Origin: Aigarchaeota archaeon | GTDB taxonomy: Archaea > Thermoproteota > Nitrososphaeria_A > Caldarchaeales > Calditenuaceae | Reading direction: 5' to 3' | NCBI GenBank assembly: GCA_025059745.1 | Contig: JANXDH010000004.1 | Coordinates: 47,783-111,782 of the forward strand | DNA length: 64,000 nt | Shown here: positions 8,196 through 17,799 of the stretch, one piece after another | Layout: each line of letters starts with the position of its first letter | How positions within the stretch are numbered: the first letter of the stretch is position 1 | The notes under the pieces: model-generated | What the model saw: the letters and a program-made list of their open reading frames with translations, nothing else | The model's database searches: none | What the model was told of the DNA's origin: nothing | Translations under genes and position numbers: made by a program

Positions 8196-8738
8196 TCAAG
8201 GCCTCTTGGTGAGGTGTACCGCGTGGGGGAGCTCGTCAGCGAACACGTCTATAGCCGTCTTCACAGCGTCCGGAGACCCAGGAAGGAGGATCACCAAACG
8301 CCCATCTACCACGCCCGCGGTCGACCTAGTTAGGGCTGCGGACGGCCCTATTCTCTTGTAGCTCTCTACCCTGAATATCTCCCCGAACCCCTCTATCTCC
8401 TTCTCAAAGAACGGTCTTATCGCCTCCACTGTGACGTCCCTCTTCGTCAATCCCGTCCCTCCTATGATCATTACGACGTCGATGTCTCTAGATGACAGGG
8501 TGGAGAGGAGGGCCTCACGAAGCATCTTGATGTCGTCATCGAGCACACCCACGTATCTGACCTCGTGACCCCTCTCTCTCAATGATTTTACCGCTATATC
8601 GCCGGCCTCATCGGTGAATGGCTCGCCTAGGACCTTTTTCCTGTACCTAGAACTGCTAGCCGTGATGACCGCTATCTTGAGGTGCTTCGGTGCGTGGGCT
8701 TTGTGCTCCTCGTGAGCGGGAGGTTTTGACATAATCAC
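8196..8738 (-). CDS. moaB: molybdenum cofactor biosynthesis protein B (MoaB/MogA family)
   Basis: 180 aa. Motifs IAVITAS, DVVMIIGGTGLTKRDVT, EGFGEIFR and LPGSPDAV are present. Confidence 0.8.
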   Translation of the reverse strand: MIMSKPPAHEEHKAHAPKHLKIAVITASSSRYRKKVLGEPFTDEAGDIAVKSLRERGHEVRYVGVLDDDIKMLREALLSTLSSRDIDVVMIIGGTGLTKRDVTVEAIRPFFEKEIEGFGEIFRVESYKRIGPSAALTRSTAGVVDGRLVILLPGSPDAVKTAIDVFADELPHAVHLTKRP

Positions 8739-8767
8739 AATCTAAATGCAGCCTCGGTATATACCTT

Positions 8768-10264
8768 CTAACTCTCACCGAGGCCTCTATCGCACGCTCT
8801 CCCCCAAGATTCTTCAAGAAGCCTCTGTATCCTCTGCTTCAGTTCGCTCGCTGGGACTCTGATCTGAGACATCGTATCCCTGTCCCTCACGGTGACCGTA
8901 CCGTCCTCCAAACTCTGATGATCGACAGTAACGCAGAAAGGCGTCCCTAGCTCGTCCATCTTCCTGTACCTCCTGCCTATGCTCTCCCTGGAGTCGTAAA
9001 ACGAATCGAAATCCACCTTCAGGTCGTTATAGATACGTTCAGCCAATTTAGTCAACTCTCCTTTATCGACCAAGGGGAAGACCGCTACCTGAATCGGTGC
9101 TAGATGATACGGCAACCTCAGTATCGTCCTCTTTGAATCGGTGAGGTAGAGGTGTTCCAATAACAGGTACAGACTCCGGTCCACGCCCATCGAGAGCTCG
9201 AAGACGTGGGGGACGATCCTCTCTCCGTCATCGACCACGGAGAGGTCCTGCCCGCTGACCTCCATGTGCCTGGTGAGGTCGTAGTCCCCCCTATTGTTGC
9301 AAGCGACCAACTCCAACCACCCAAGAGAGGTCTTTACCTCGAGGTCCCACGACTCCCTAGCGTAGAACGCCCTCTCCTCAGAGTCCAGCTGCCTCAGCCT
9401 GACCGATTCGCGGTTTATCCCCAGCCTCTCATAAAACCTCTGTATCAGCACCAAGTAGTACGCGATGAGACGGTTTGAGATGAGTCCGGACGCGACGGCC
9501 TCGGAGGGCGTCACCTTTACGGCCTTATCCTCGTTCAGTGGTTGTAACATCAGGGCATAGTCCTTGTATTGTTCGAACTTATCGAACTCGTCTGCCTTCT
9601 TCGGATTGAAGAAGACCTCTATCTCGGCTTGGTAGAACTCACGTTGTCGTAGGATTGACTGTCTCGGCGATATCTCGTTCCTGAAGCTCTTCCCTATCTG
9701 GCATAACGCCAAGGGGAGCTTGTTAGTGGTTGTCTTATAGATCCTGAGGAAATCGACGAAGATGCTCTGGCACGTCTCGGGTCGGAGGTACGCCTCATCG
9801 CCCGAGGGCCCAACGCTCACCTTAAACATCATGTTGAACCTGGTGACCTCTGAGAGTTCGCCGTTGCAGTTGGTACACCTGATGCCGCGATCCTCGAGCA
9901 TCATTGAGATCTCACTGTCAGACAACCTCTCGGGGACGCTGATGTTGGTCTTCTCCTCGATCAGCTTATCAGCCCTAAAGATGCTTCCGCAACCCCTGCA
10001 TTTCGTTATGGGGTCGGCAAAGCTCTCTAAGTGTCCAGACGCCAAGAAGACCCTCTTGGTCATTATCTGCGAGCCATCGATCTCGATCATCTCGTCCCTC
10101 CTGACGAGCTCGCGCCTCCAAGCCTCAATGAACCTGTTTCTCAGTCTCACGCCGAGCGGGCCGTACTCCCAGAACCCCGCGGGCGCCTCGCCGTAGATCT
10201 CGCAAGAGGGGAAGACGATGCCCTTACTTAACGCGAACCGGAGTACTCGCTCGTAAGAGGTCAT
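8768..10264 (-). CDS. glyS: glycine--tRNA ligase (archaeal/eukaryotic type)
   Basis: 498 aa. It contains EIYGEAPAGFWEYGPLGVRLRNRF, SGHLESFADP, class II motifs, and the C-terminal anticodon-binding IGRRYRKMDELGTPFCVTVD. Confidence 0.85.
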   Translation of the reverse strand: MTSYERVLRFALSKGIVFPSCEIYGEAPAGFWEYGPLGVRLRNRFIEAWRRELVRRDEMIEIDGSQIMTKRVFLASGHLESFADPITKCRGCGSIFRADKLIEEKTNISVPERLSDSEISMMLEDRGIRCTNCNGELSEVTRFNMMFKVSVGPSGDEAYLRPETCQSIFVDFLRIYKTTTNKLPLALCQIGKSFRNEISPRQSILRQREFYQAEIEVFFNPKKADEFDKFEQYKDYALMLQPLNEDKAVKVTPSEAVASGLISNRLIAYYLVLIQRFYERLGINRESVRLRQLDSEERAFYARESWDLEVKTSLGWLELVACNNRGDYDLTRHMEVSGQDLSVVDDGERIVPHVFELSMGVDRSLYLLLEHLYLTDSKRTILRLPYHLAPIQVAVFPLVDKGELTKLAERIYNDLKVDFDSFYDSRESIGRRYRKMDELGTPFCVTVDHQSLEDGTVTVRDRDTMSQIRVPASELKQRIQRLLEESWGRACDRGLGES

Positions 10265-10314
10265 CTCCCGCTCCCGTTGTTCTCAATAACATCCTCTCTC
10301 CGAGAGGGACCCTC

Positions 10315-11118
10315 TCATTCCTTCGAGATGGCAGCCCCACAACTCGGACAGCTCCCCCCTAGATCTATCCAGGAGTCGATACAATCTTTATGGAAGGTTG
10401 CACCACATGAGGGGCACTCGGCCACCTCACCGCCCACCGTTTTATCGTAGCAGATGATGCACTGAGTCCCTTCTGTCTTCGTAGTTGATCTGAGGTATTG
10501 AGTGGTCATGGGTTGCTCTCGGTCCAGAGTCTTTAGCGGGGTTATAGTTTCAGGTTCGGTCGTCACCTCCTCATGCATATCATAAGATAGCGTCTGAGGC
10601 CGGCCCCACGCGTGGGTCTGTCGCTCAACGCGCGTCCTGCTAACGATTATCACAGCCAACAGCCCCATCGCGAACAGCCCTCCCCCGGAAAAGAGCGCTG
10701 AGAGGAACCCGATTTGCGGTACGAACTCAATTCTGAAGCTCGGCATCTTGATGAGATAACTATAGAGTGAAGAGCCGAGAGCTAGCGCACCCGCCACCGT
10801 TCCCATCGCGGGTACCGCTATCCTTATCCAGGAGAAGTTTGAGTACAGCACCGCGAGGACTCCAGATGCTCCGGCCAAAGCTCCGGCGATTAAAGAGATC
10901 AACATGCTCTCGTTCAGGAGGTACCCTGTTATTACCTGGATCTCTAGGTTTTGGTAGCTGACCACGTACCAGTTTAGGAGTAACGAGAGGACGTGAAGCG
11001 CCCCAAGTATCGATAGTAGAGCGGCTATCCTCGATAACCTGTATCTCGCCTCGGCTACGGAGGTCATCATATGGTCGTACTGTCGATTATCCCAATCACC
11101 CCGCTTATAAGGGTTCAC
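10315..11118 (-). CDS. polytopic membrane protein with C-terminal C4HC3 RING/PHD-like zinc finger
   Basis: 267 aa with about 4-5 hydrophobic helices, then a linker. The C-terminus is C-x2-C-x11-C-x2-C-x4-H-x2-C-x10-C-x2-C (CIICYD...CPSCGATFHKDCIDSW...CPSCG). Confidence 0.65.
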   Translation of the reverse strand: MNPYKRGDWDNRQYDHMMTSVAEARYRLSRIAALLSILGALHVLSLLLNWYVVSYQNLEIQVITGYLLNESMLISLIAGALAGASGVLAVLYSNFSWIRIAVPAMGTVAGALALGSSLYSYLIKMPSFRIEFVPQIGFLSALFSGGGLFAMGLLAVIIVSRTRVERQTHAWGRPQTLSYDMHEEVTTEPETITPLKTLDREQPMTTQYLRSTTKTEGTQCIICYDKTVGGEVAECPSCGATFHKDCIDSWIDLGGSCPSCGAAISKE

Positions 11119-11216
11119 AGCTGATTTGGAGACTATCGGTTGAACGCTCGGTGCCTCTACTCTACGTCCCCTATGAATAAAGTTTATATCTAAAAGAGGA
11201 AGAATCAGTAGCGTTA

Positions 11217-12032
11217 ATGAACCCGCTGGGCGGGAAGAAGTTCGATGAGGTAGGGGAGTTATTGCGCGAGGTCAAGGAGGGTTTAGAGTCACTCAGTGAG
11301 AGGATTGGAGGCATGGAGGAGAAGTTCAATGCGGAAATCTCCTCGATGAAAAAGGAGTTCGAGGCGGTCAAGAGGTCAATTCCCGTCAACCTGACCGACG
11401 TCCTGACCTCGTTGAAGGGGATCGTCATAACGTTGGAGGACCTGAAAGACTACCAGTTGCAGCTGAAGAACGTCCTCGAGCTACAGAACTCTCAGGCTGA
11501 TCAACTGGAGCGGGTCAGGAGGTCCATATACGACGAATGGGAGAGGGTCAAAAAGGAGAAGGAGGACTTAGAGGCCCTCAGGTTGCAGGTCCTCAGTTGG
11601 AAGCGCGAGATCGAGGATAAGGAGGCTAGGATACAGAATTACGAGGAGAATGTTACGAGGTTGGATGAGAGGAGGGCCGATCTCGAGAGACGAATTGCCG
11701 ATCTCGAGAGGCACTATAACTCTCTACTGACGACAATCGGTGAAAAGTTTGAGAAGTCCCTGAAGGAGCTCGACCAGAAATTCAGGATCAGGGAGATAAG
11801 ATTGGAGAGGCTCTCTATGCTGGAGGAGAGGAAGCGCGAGGAATTGAGGGAGTTGTCCTTGAGGGAGGCGGCTCTGAGGGAGCTCGGTGAGAAGGCCAAG
11901 TCTCTATTGAATGAGATAGACCAGCTTGAGACGAGGAGGAAGAACCTCCTAGAGACCGTTAGCAAACTCGAACGCGATAAACAGGTCCTCGAACGTATGA
12001 GACAGGACCTCCGTGACAGTGTGATCAGGTAG
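11217..12032 (+). CDS. long coiled-coil protein (unknown function)
   Basis: 271 aa, extremely rich in E/K/R/L heptad-like repeats (e.g. RRADLERRIADLERHY). No enzymatic motif was recognised. Confidence 0.55.
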   Translation: MNPLGGKKFDEVGELLREVKEGLESLSERIGGMEEKFNAEISSMKKEFEAVKRSIPVNLTDVLTSLKGIVITLEDLKDYQLQLKNVLELQNSQADQLERVRRSIYDEWERVKKEKEDLEALRLQVLSWKREIEDKEARIQNYEENVTRLDERRADLERRIADLERHYNSLLTTIGEKFEKSLKELDQKFRIREIRLERLSMLEERKREELRELSLREAALRELGEKAKSLLNEIDQLETRRKNLLETVSKLERDKQVLERMRQDLRDSVIR

Positions 12033-12034
12033 TC

Positions 12035-12406
12035 CTACTCGCTGTGTCCTAACCTCCGGTATATCTTCTCTATCATGTCGATGAGGTACAATATATCAGA
12101 CTCTCGCGTGACGACCTCCTCCATCATCGACTCGAGACGCTCCAATCTCTCTCGGATCGCCTCGATCGACTTCTTCAGACCGGCCATCTCTTCGATAAGC
12201 GAGCTCATCTTCTGGGATTGAATGTACGCAGCATTCATATCTCTCTCCTCTATCTTTTCGAAGAGCTCGTTGAGGTAATTAGCGACCTCAGAGAAGGCCT
12301 CCATCGTGCTCTCTAGCGTCGGTACCTTGCCCTTGGGAGTGTCTACCCAGTCTAGCTTGACCCCCTTCTCCTCGGTGTCCTTAGGTGGGGCCGTCTCTTC
12401 ACTCAT
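12035..12406 (-). CDS. acidic coiled-coil protein (unknown function)
   Basis: 123 aa and E/M/I-rich helical. Its start overlaps the stop of the upstream zinc-finger gene by 8 nt, implying co-translation. Confidence 0.5.
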   Translation of the reverse strand: MSEETAPPKDTEEKGVKLDWVDTPKGKVPTLESTMEAFSEVANYLNELFEKIEERDMNAAYIQSQKMSSLIEEMAGLKKSIEAIRERLERLESMMEEVVTRESDILYLIDMIEKIYRRLGHSE

Positions 12407-12611
12407 TCGTATCCAACCTCCTCTTGCACTTAGGACAGGTCGGTTTCGTATTCAATAACCCAGTGAAGCAGCTATCGTGAAAGGAGGCGTTACAGTTCGG
12501 GCAGCGCCTTACGTATAGATCGTCATCGATCTCGTTCAGACATACTTCGCATTCCAACGTCTCCCATCTCCAGTAACCCATCGACCTACCCAGTTCGACC
12601 CTCAGTTGCAC
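12399..12611 (-). CDS. small C4HC3 RING/PHD-like zinc-finger protein
   Basis: 70 aa. The motif is C-x2-C-x12-C-x2-C-x4-H-x2-C-x10-C-x2-C (CEVCLNE...CPNCNASFHDSC...CPKCK), the same architecture as the C-terminus of 10315-11118. Confidence 0.6.
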   Translation of the reverse strand: MQLRVELGRSMGYWRWETLECEVCLNEIDDDLYVRRCPNCNASFHDSCFTGLLNTKPTCPKCKRRLDTNE

Positions 12612-12698
12612 GGAACCTACCTAGCACGGGAGATATATTACTCATCCCTCGGTTAAGTTGGATCCCGGACGCGACCAATGGGCTCTCAAGGCCGCCTT

Positions 12699-14000
12699 TT
12701 ACCTAGAGATCGTCTCTAATGGTTTACGTGCGGTCTCAATCCCTCTTGTTTTCCACAAAAGCGATGAGACCAGACCCAGCGCCCAGAGCGTAACCGAGAT
12801 GAGGAGGAAGGGAGTCGCATCCAAGAATCTGCTGCTAATGACCACTGACGCACCAGCAATCCCCGTAAGACCCGTCTGGAAACCCACGACCGAGGCCCTC
12901 AACGGTGTAGGAAATATTTCGCTCTGGAGCGCACTGACGACGCCCCACGCCCACTCGGAAAATATCATCGTGAAGAAGAGAAATAGATAGAATCCTAGAG
13001 GGTGGACGGTGGCGTGAGATGCGGTAACGAGGAGAGCGCCTACTGTGCCACCTGCAAATGACCATAGGGTCGTGGACTTTCTTGATCTATCAATGAGGGG
13101 AGCAAGTATAAACGCGCCCATAGATGCACCGAGATTTGAGACGAAGACAACCATGGGGGCGGAGTTGATGCCGAAAGCGAAACCTACTGAGTACGGCAAG
13201 TAGTACGCCAGCATGCCGTACGTCACGTACTGTGAGACCGTTAATGTGGCTATCACAGCGAACCTGAACCTGTACGACTTGAATACGTCTGACAACGTCA
13301 GATTAGCTGGTCTCTCCGTCCCAGAAATAGGCGATGTGACCGCAACGCTCGTGAATCTTCTGGTGATGCTGTAGGCCTCATCTAACCTGTTCCTCAACAT
13401 CAGCCAGCGCGGTGACTCGGGGAAGGTTACCCTCGCAACGCCGACCACGATCAGAGTTGCTATCGCGGATGATAAGAGCAAGGTGACCTGCATGAATGGG
13501 TCGTCGTATATTGTTCTCACGAAGAGCGCCAGTCCAGCTATGACTGACGCACCCACGTTCCAGAAGTTTGTGGTCAACAGGATGACTTTTCCTCTGTGTT
13601 TTACCGGTATCAGCTCAGCGAGCGTAGCATATGCTGCCCCGAACTCACCACCGACGCCGAAGGTCATCACTGAGACGAGTACCCAGAAGATGATTGGGTT
13701 TGTGTAGAAGAAGAAGAGGAGTGAGAGCGCGACTCCCTCCAAGAGTAGAGACGTGGTAAAGATCACCCTCCTTCCCATTTTATCGGCCAACGAACCGAAC
13801 GATATAGCCCCCGCAGTCTCCGCGAGGAGGGTAGTGGCCAAGATGAAGATAGCCATCTCCGGTGCTACGATGTAGGCCGTAAGCGGCGCGACGCTGAACA
13901 TGACCCCGTTCAGGAAGTAATCCGCGGATATCGTGATGAAGAGCTTCCAGTGTTGTCCCGTAAACCTCGAAGAGTCTAACGCACTAGTGTAATCACTCAC
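12699..14000 (-). CDS. major facilitator superfamily transporter
   Basis: 433 aa with ~12 predicted TM helices and an MFS loop motif (LADKMGRRVI). Confidence 0.75.
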   Translation of the reverse strand: MSDYTSALDSSRFTGQHWKLFITISADYFLNGVMFSVAPLTAYIVAPEMAIFILATTLLAETAGAISFGSLADKMGRRVIFTTSLLLEGVALSLLFFFYTNPIIFWVLVSVMTFGVGGEFGAAYATLAELIPVKHRGKVILLTTNFWNVGASVIAGLALFVRTIYDDPFMQVTLLLSSAIATLIVVGVARVTFPESPRWLMLRNRLDEAYSITRRFTSVAVTSPISGTERPANLTLSDVFKSYRFRFAVIATLTVSQYVTYGMLAYYLPYSVGFAFGINSAPMVVFVSNLGASMGAFILAPLIDRSRKSTTLWSFAGGTVGALLVTASHATVHPLGFYLFLFFTMIFSEWAWGVVSALQSEIFPTPLRASVVGFQTGLTGIAGASVVISSRFLDATPFLLISVTLWALGLVSSLLWKTRGIETARKPLETISR

Positions 14001-14049
14001 AATTGACTCAATTTTTTAAGATAATATAAGCATGTATATAAGCGGCTTA

Positions 14050-14613
14050 TCAAAAACTAACTCTCCTAGACACCGCGTGTATGTCCTGATAAATCGGACC
14101 AGATGAGGTGAGGGTGCTCTTCTTCAGTTTAAGATGATCGACGAGTATTTCACCTATCTCCAGGTCCCTCAGCTTGGCCAAGACGGAGAGTGCTCTTGAC
14201 TTATCGGTCACTGCCTTCACCCTCAGGAGCGTGGCGTGAGGCACGAAATCCTTATCCTGTTTAAACCCGATGCTCCCCAATCGCCTCACCACCTCTCGCT
14301 GGACCTCGATCAACTTGCCCTCCCCGTCCTCTAGCCCCACCCACACGACGTTTATCCTATCCCCGCCGGGAAAGTACCCTAATCCTCTCATAGAGACCCT
14401 GAAGGGCTTGAAGTCTATCTCGTCCAGCCGTCCTATGACGCTCTTCACTTGCTCGTCGTTTATCTCGCCCAAAAACTGGAGCGTGACGTGGAGGGTATTG
14501 GGGTCTACCGCTCTACCCTTAATTCCGGCGTTAAGTAGTTCCTCCTGTAGCGAGCGCACCTTATCGATTATCGCCGGATTGTTCAGGTCGAGTGCTATGA
14601 AACACCTCACCAT
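14050..14613 (-). CDS. thpR: RNA 2',3'-cyclic phosphodiesterase (2H family, LigT/ThpR)
   Basis: 187 aa. It has the two H-x-T-x motifs, LHVTLQFLG and PHATLLRV. Confidence 0.8.
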   Translation of the reverse strand: MVRCFIALDLNNPAIIDKVRSLQEELLNAGIKGRAVDPNTLHVTLQFLGEINDEQVKSVIGRLDEIDFKPFRVSMRGLGYFPGGDRINVVWVGLEDGEGKLIEVQREVVRRLGSIGFKQDKDFVPHATLLRVKAVTDKSRALSVLAKLRDLEIGEILVDHLKLKKSTLTSSGPIYQDIHAVSRRVSF

Positions 14614-14669
14614 GACTGCGCCTCCTCTTCTGTTGAGTCTTAACAGAAATTGGTGTTGGTTATCAGAGT

Positions 14670-15350
14670 TCAGGCCTTTTTCTTCCGCGAGTACTCGAAG
14701 GTCTCACCCGGTCTCAGTATGACCACCTTTACTCCCACGGCCCTCTTCTTCACCATCTTGCTGAACTCCTCAGGGTCTTGCTTAATCACTTCGAAAGTGT
14801 TGAAGTGCATCGGTATAACTATCTTCGGTTTTATGAGAGAGACTGCAACAGAGGCCTCTTGAGGGCCCATGGTGTAGAAGCTACCGATCGGTACCAGCGC
14901 TATATCCGGTCTGTACAATTGGCCTATTAATTTCATGTCGCCAAAGACCGAGGTATCACCTGTATGATATATGGTGGCCTCGTTGCCCAGAATCACGACA
15001 CCGCTTGCATTTCCAGTATGAATGGCGGGCGTGAAGGCTAGTCTTATTCCGTCAACGTTAAATGGCCCTCCTATGTTGCACCCCACGGTCTTCTTTACCC
15101 CGTTCTGAGAGGCCTTCGTAGCAAGCTCGTAGAGCGCGATGAAGGTCGCGTCTGAGTTGCGGCATATCTCGAACGAGTCGCCCACGTGGTCTCCGTGCTC
15201 GTGGGTGACGATGACTGCGTCCACCTTACCTATCTGGTTCGGCTTGACCGCGGCCACCGGATTATTTGAGAGGAAAGGGTCTATCACCACGCTCTTTCCG
15301 TCTATCTCAATCTTCCACGCTGCGTGTCCCAACCACTGTAACCTAGCCAT
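14670..15350 (-). CDS. metallo-beta-lactamase-fold hydrolase (UPF0173 family)
   Basis: 226 aa. Motifs LQWLGHAAW...IDPF and VTHEHGDHVGD (HxHxDH) are present. Confidence 0.75.
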   Translation of the reverse strand: MARLQWLGHAAWKIEIDGKSVVIDPFLSNNPVAAVKPNQIGKVDAVIVTHEHGDHVGDSFEICRNSDATFIALYELATKASQNGVKKTVGCNIGGPFNVDGIRLAFTPAIHTGNASGVVILGNEATIYHTGDTSVFGDMKLIGQLYRPDIALVPIGSFYTMGPQEASVAVSLIKPKIVIPMHFNTFEVIKQDPEEFSKMVKKRAVGVKVVILRPGETFEYSRKKKA

Positions 15351-15389
15351 CGGTTCAGAGAAATAATCGAAAGGTTTTAACTCTTTCGG

Positions 15390-16067
15390 TCACTTATCGA
15401 TGCGTGTACTCAATCCGCTTTTTCTCCGCTCTATAAGGAGTTTAGATAGCCGAGTAGAGGTCTCCCATAGTACCTCGGGCTCGTTGTCGATCCAGACTAT
15501 TCTGTTCTCAACTTCATCCAGCTCTCGATAGAGCTCACGGACCTTAGCCTGAAGCTCGCTGTCGACCTCGTACTTCTTGTCATGACCGTCCTTCAAGACG
15601 GCCCTCCTCAATCTTTCAGTCTCATTGACGTCGACAATGAAGTAAACGTCCGGCTCTATCACTCTCCCAGCTCCCAACCGCTCTATTTCCCTGACCATAT
15701 CGGAGACCGCGCCCTTCGTATCAATCCCTGTCTTCCTAGAGATCAGGGCCAAACCGTAGACGATAGAGCAGAGGTAATATCGGTCTATGAAGAAGTAATC
15801 GGGCCTCTCGAGTCTTATGATCTCCCGCATCACACGTGAGTCCTCTATCGTGTTGGTCAGGAACAGCAACATCCTCGATAATGGGTCAGTACTGTCTTCA
15901 TTACCGTAAGTTGCAGCGAACCTTCCCGTCTGCGTCTCACTCGGCGTCTTGTACTTGGCCACCCTGAAGTTTAGTGACCTCAAGATCTCCTCGACGCTGT
16001 TAATCAGGGTCGTCTTCCCTGAGGCGTCAGTCCCCTCCCATACCACCACGTAAGTCTCTCCGATCAT
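15390..16067 (-). CDS. tmk: thymidylate kinase-like P-loop kinase
   Basis: 225 aa. It has the P-loop EGTDASGKTT, plus FIDRYYLCSIVYG and PDVYFIVDV...ERLRR as in dTMP kinases. Substrate assignment rests on family resemblance only. Confidence 0.55.
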   Translation of the reverse strand: MIGETYVVVWEGTDASGKTTLINSVEEILRSLNFRVAKYKTPSETQTGRFAATYGNEDSTDPLSRMLLFLTNTIEDSRVMREIIRLERPDYFFIDRYYLCSIVYGLALISRKTGIDTKGAVSDMVREIERLGAGRVIEPDVYFIVDVNETERLRRAVLKDGHDKKYEVDSELQAKVRELYRELDEVENRIVWIDNEPEVLWETSTRLSKLLIERRKSGLSTRIDK

Positions 16068-16068
16068 A

Positions 16069-16500
16069 CTAGTCCGTCATCCTCGAGAGGTGCTCGTGGA
16101 GTATCTTCCAAGATTTACCTTCCTTCACTAAGATAGTGGTGCACCTAGATCTCACAGAGAACAGCTGTCCCTCAAACCGATAATTGTACACCAACATGCC
16201 ACCGTACTCGACCTCGTAGATGACGACTGCGACGTTGTCTATTACCATCGCGTCGAGTATCTTGAGTTGGTAATTGAAGTCCGCGAGTTGCGTCATTAGA
16301 CTGCGCTTGATCCTTATTGCCTCCTCGTAACCGCTGAGCTCCAAGGGAGGGAGATCGTTAAACCGGCTGTAGCCCCTCTCGACATGAAGCTCAGAGAGCC
16401 TATCCATCTCGCGGTTCTTTATCGCCTCATACGAGTCGATAACGACCTTAATGGGGCCGCCCTCATCTATTTGCTCATTAGGTTCCAAAATCCTTGCCAC
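16069..16500 (-). CDS. NTF2/SnoaL-like fold protein (DUF4440-like)
   Basis: 143 aa. The size and the C-terminal ...KEGKSWKILHEHLS resemble SnoaL/DUF4440 proteins, but the assignment is weak. Confidence 0.35.
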   Translation of the reverse strand: MARILEPNEQIDEGGPIKVVIDSYEAIKNREMDRLSELHVERGYSRFNDLPPLELSGYEEAIRIKRSLMTQLADFNYQLKILDAMVIDNVAVVIYEVEYGGMLVYNYRFEGQLFSVRSRCTTILVKEGKSWKILHEHLSRMTD

Positions 16501-17479
16501 CCTTACTCACTGCGATAACCGAGGCGACCTCGTAAAAGATGTTCGCCGCGAGTAACGACGTTATTCCACCCACGTCATAGGGAGGTGAGACCTCTACTAG
16601 ATCGAAACCTACTATTTTAAACCGCACGAGACCCCGAATCAATCGCATGACCTCTCGCGTCGTTAGACCTCCGACTTCAGGCGTCCCGGTACCCGGTGCG
16701 ATTGAAGGATCACATGAATCTATGTCGAATGAAACGTAAACTGATCTCGAACTGCCGATACACCTCTCGATCTCTGTAATTACGTCATCGATGCCATCAC
16801 TCTCGACCTCATCCATGGTGATCACCCGGTGCCCCATGCCTTCTATGTCCCTCAGGTCCCTATCGCTGTAGAGGCTGCCCCTCAGTCCGATGTGCACAGT
16901 CTCGTTGTCCTCTATTAGGCCCTCCTCCGAGGCCCTCCTAAAGACAGTCCCGTGTCCGTAACTCATCCCGAAGTGCTTGTCCCAACAATCTGCGTGTGCA
17001 TCTACGTGTATTAACTTGAGTTTGCCGTACAGCCTGTTGAACGACCTCAGGACCGGTAACGTTATCGAGTGGTCACCACCACATATCAGGGGCACCAGTC
17101 CCTTCCTCATTACCCTCGTGAGTTCAGCCTCTACTCTCCCAAAGGTCTCCTCTATATATCCCGGCACCGGGTCTAGGTCTCCGTAGTCAACCATCCTCAA
17201 TACCTCGAACGGCCTGACCTTCATGACCGGGTTGTAGGGTCTCAGGAGTAATGACCCTTCTCTCACGCCCTTGGGGCCGAACCTCGCGCCTGACCTAAAG
17301 ACCGTTCCGTCATCAAAGGGTATGCCCATGAAGACCGACTCGACGCCAGATAGATCCTTCGTGTGAGGTAATCTCGCGAATGTCGTGACCCCAGAGAACC
17401 GCGGTGATCTCGTCGAGTCCACCTGCCGGCCTTCGATCTTATCGCTATCCATGACTAAGCACTCTAATCTAAGATACAA
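16478..17479 (-). CDS. speB: agmatinase (ureohydrolase family)
   Basis: Motifs GIPFDDG..FRSGARFGP, GGDHSIT, HVDAHADCWD and SFDIDSCDPSIAPGTGTPEVGG are present. The start may instead be the internal ATG (MDSDKIEG...). Confidence 0.85.
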   Translation of the reverse strand: MYLRLECLVMDSDKIEGRQVDSTRSPRFSGVTTFARLPHTKDLSGVESVFMGIPFDDGTVFRSGARFGPKGVREGSLLLRPYNPVMKVRPFEVLRMVDYGDLDPVPGYIEETFGRVEAELTRVMRKGLVPLICGGDHSITLPVLRSFNRLYGKLKLIHVDAHADCWDKHFGMSYGHGTVFRRASEEGLIEDNETVHIGLRGSLYSDRDLRDIEGMGHRVITMDEVESDGIDDVITEIERCIGSSRSVYVSFDIDSCDPSIAPGTGTPEVGGLTTREVMRLIRGLVRFKIVGFDLVEVSPPYDVGGITSLLAANIFYEVASVIAVSKGGKDFGT

Positions 17480-17496
17480 TATTAATTAATTTCTAT

Positions 17497-17799
17497 CTAC
17501 GGCGCATCAGACTTCTGCTGAGTGCTCATCCTGAAGTTACCGTCTATTATGTGCTTCTGTAACTCGACCAACAGGGCATCTACGTCGAAGTTACCTCTAA
17601 GTCTAGATGTCGATTCATCGTCCAGTGAGACGTTGACCGTTGGGCCCCCAACCGTCATGACAGCTATCCCATCGAATTTGTACTGTTCATCGCTTATGAA
17701 AAGGCGTCCTTTGAATATGGTCACGCGATCATAGTTCTCCATGTGATCGATGATGATGTTAGTGATTATTTTGGTAGCTTGTTGTTCGTCAACCTCCAT
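17497..17799 (-). CDS. hypothetical protein
   Basis: 100-aa ORF embedded in a co-directional array. It overlaps the upstream flavin reductase stop by 11 nt. No recognisable motif. Confidence 0.4.
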   Translation of the reverse strand: MEVDEQQATKIITNIIIDHMENYDRVTIFKGRLFISDEQYKFDGIAVMTVGGPTVNVSLDDESTSRLRGNFDVDALLVELQKHIIDGNFRMSTQQKSDAP

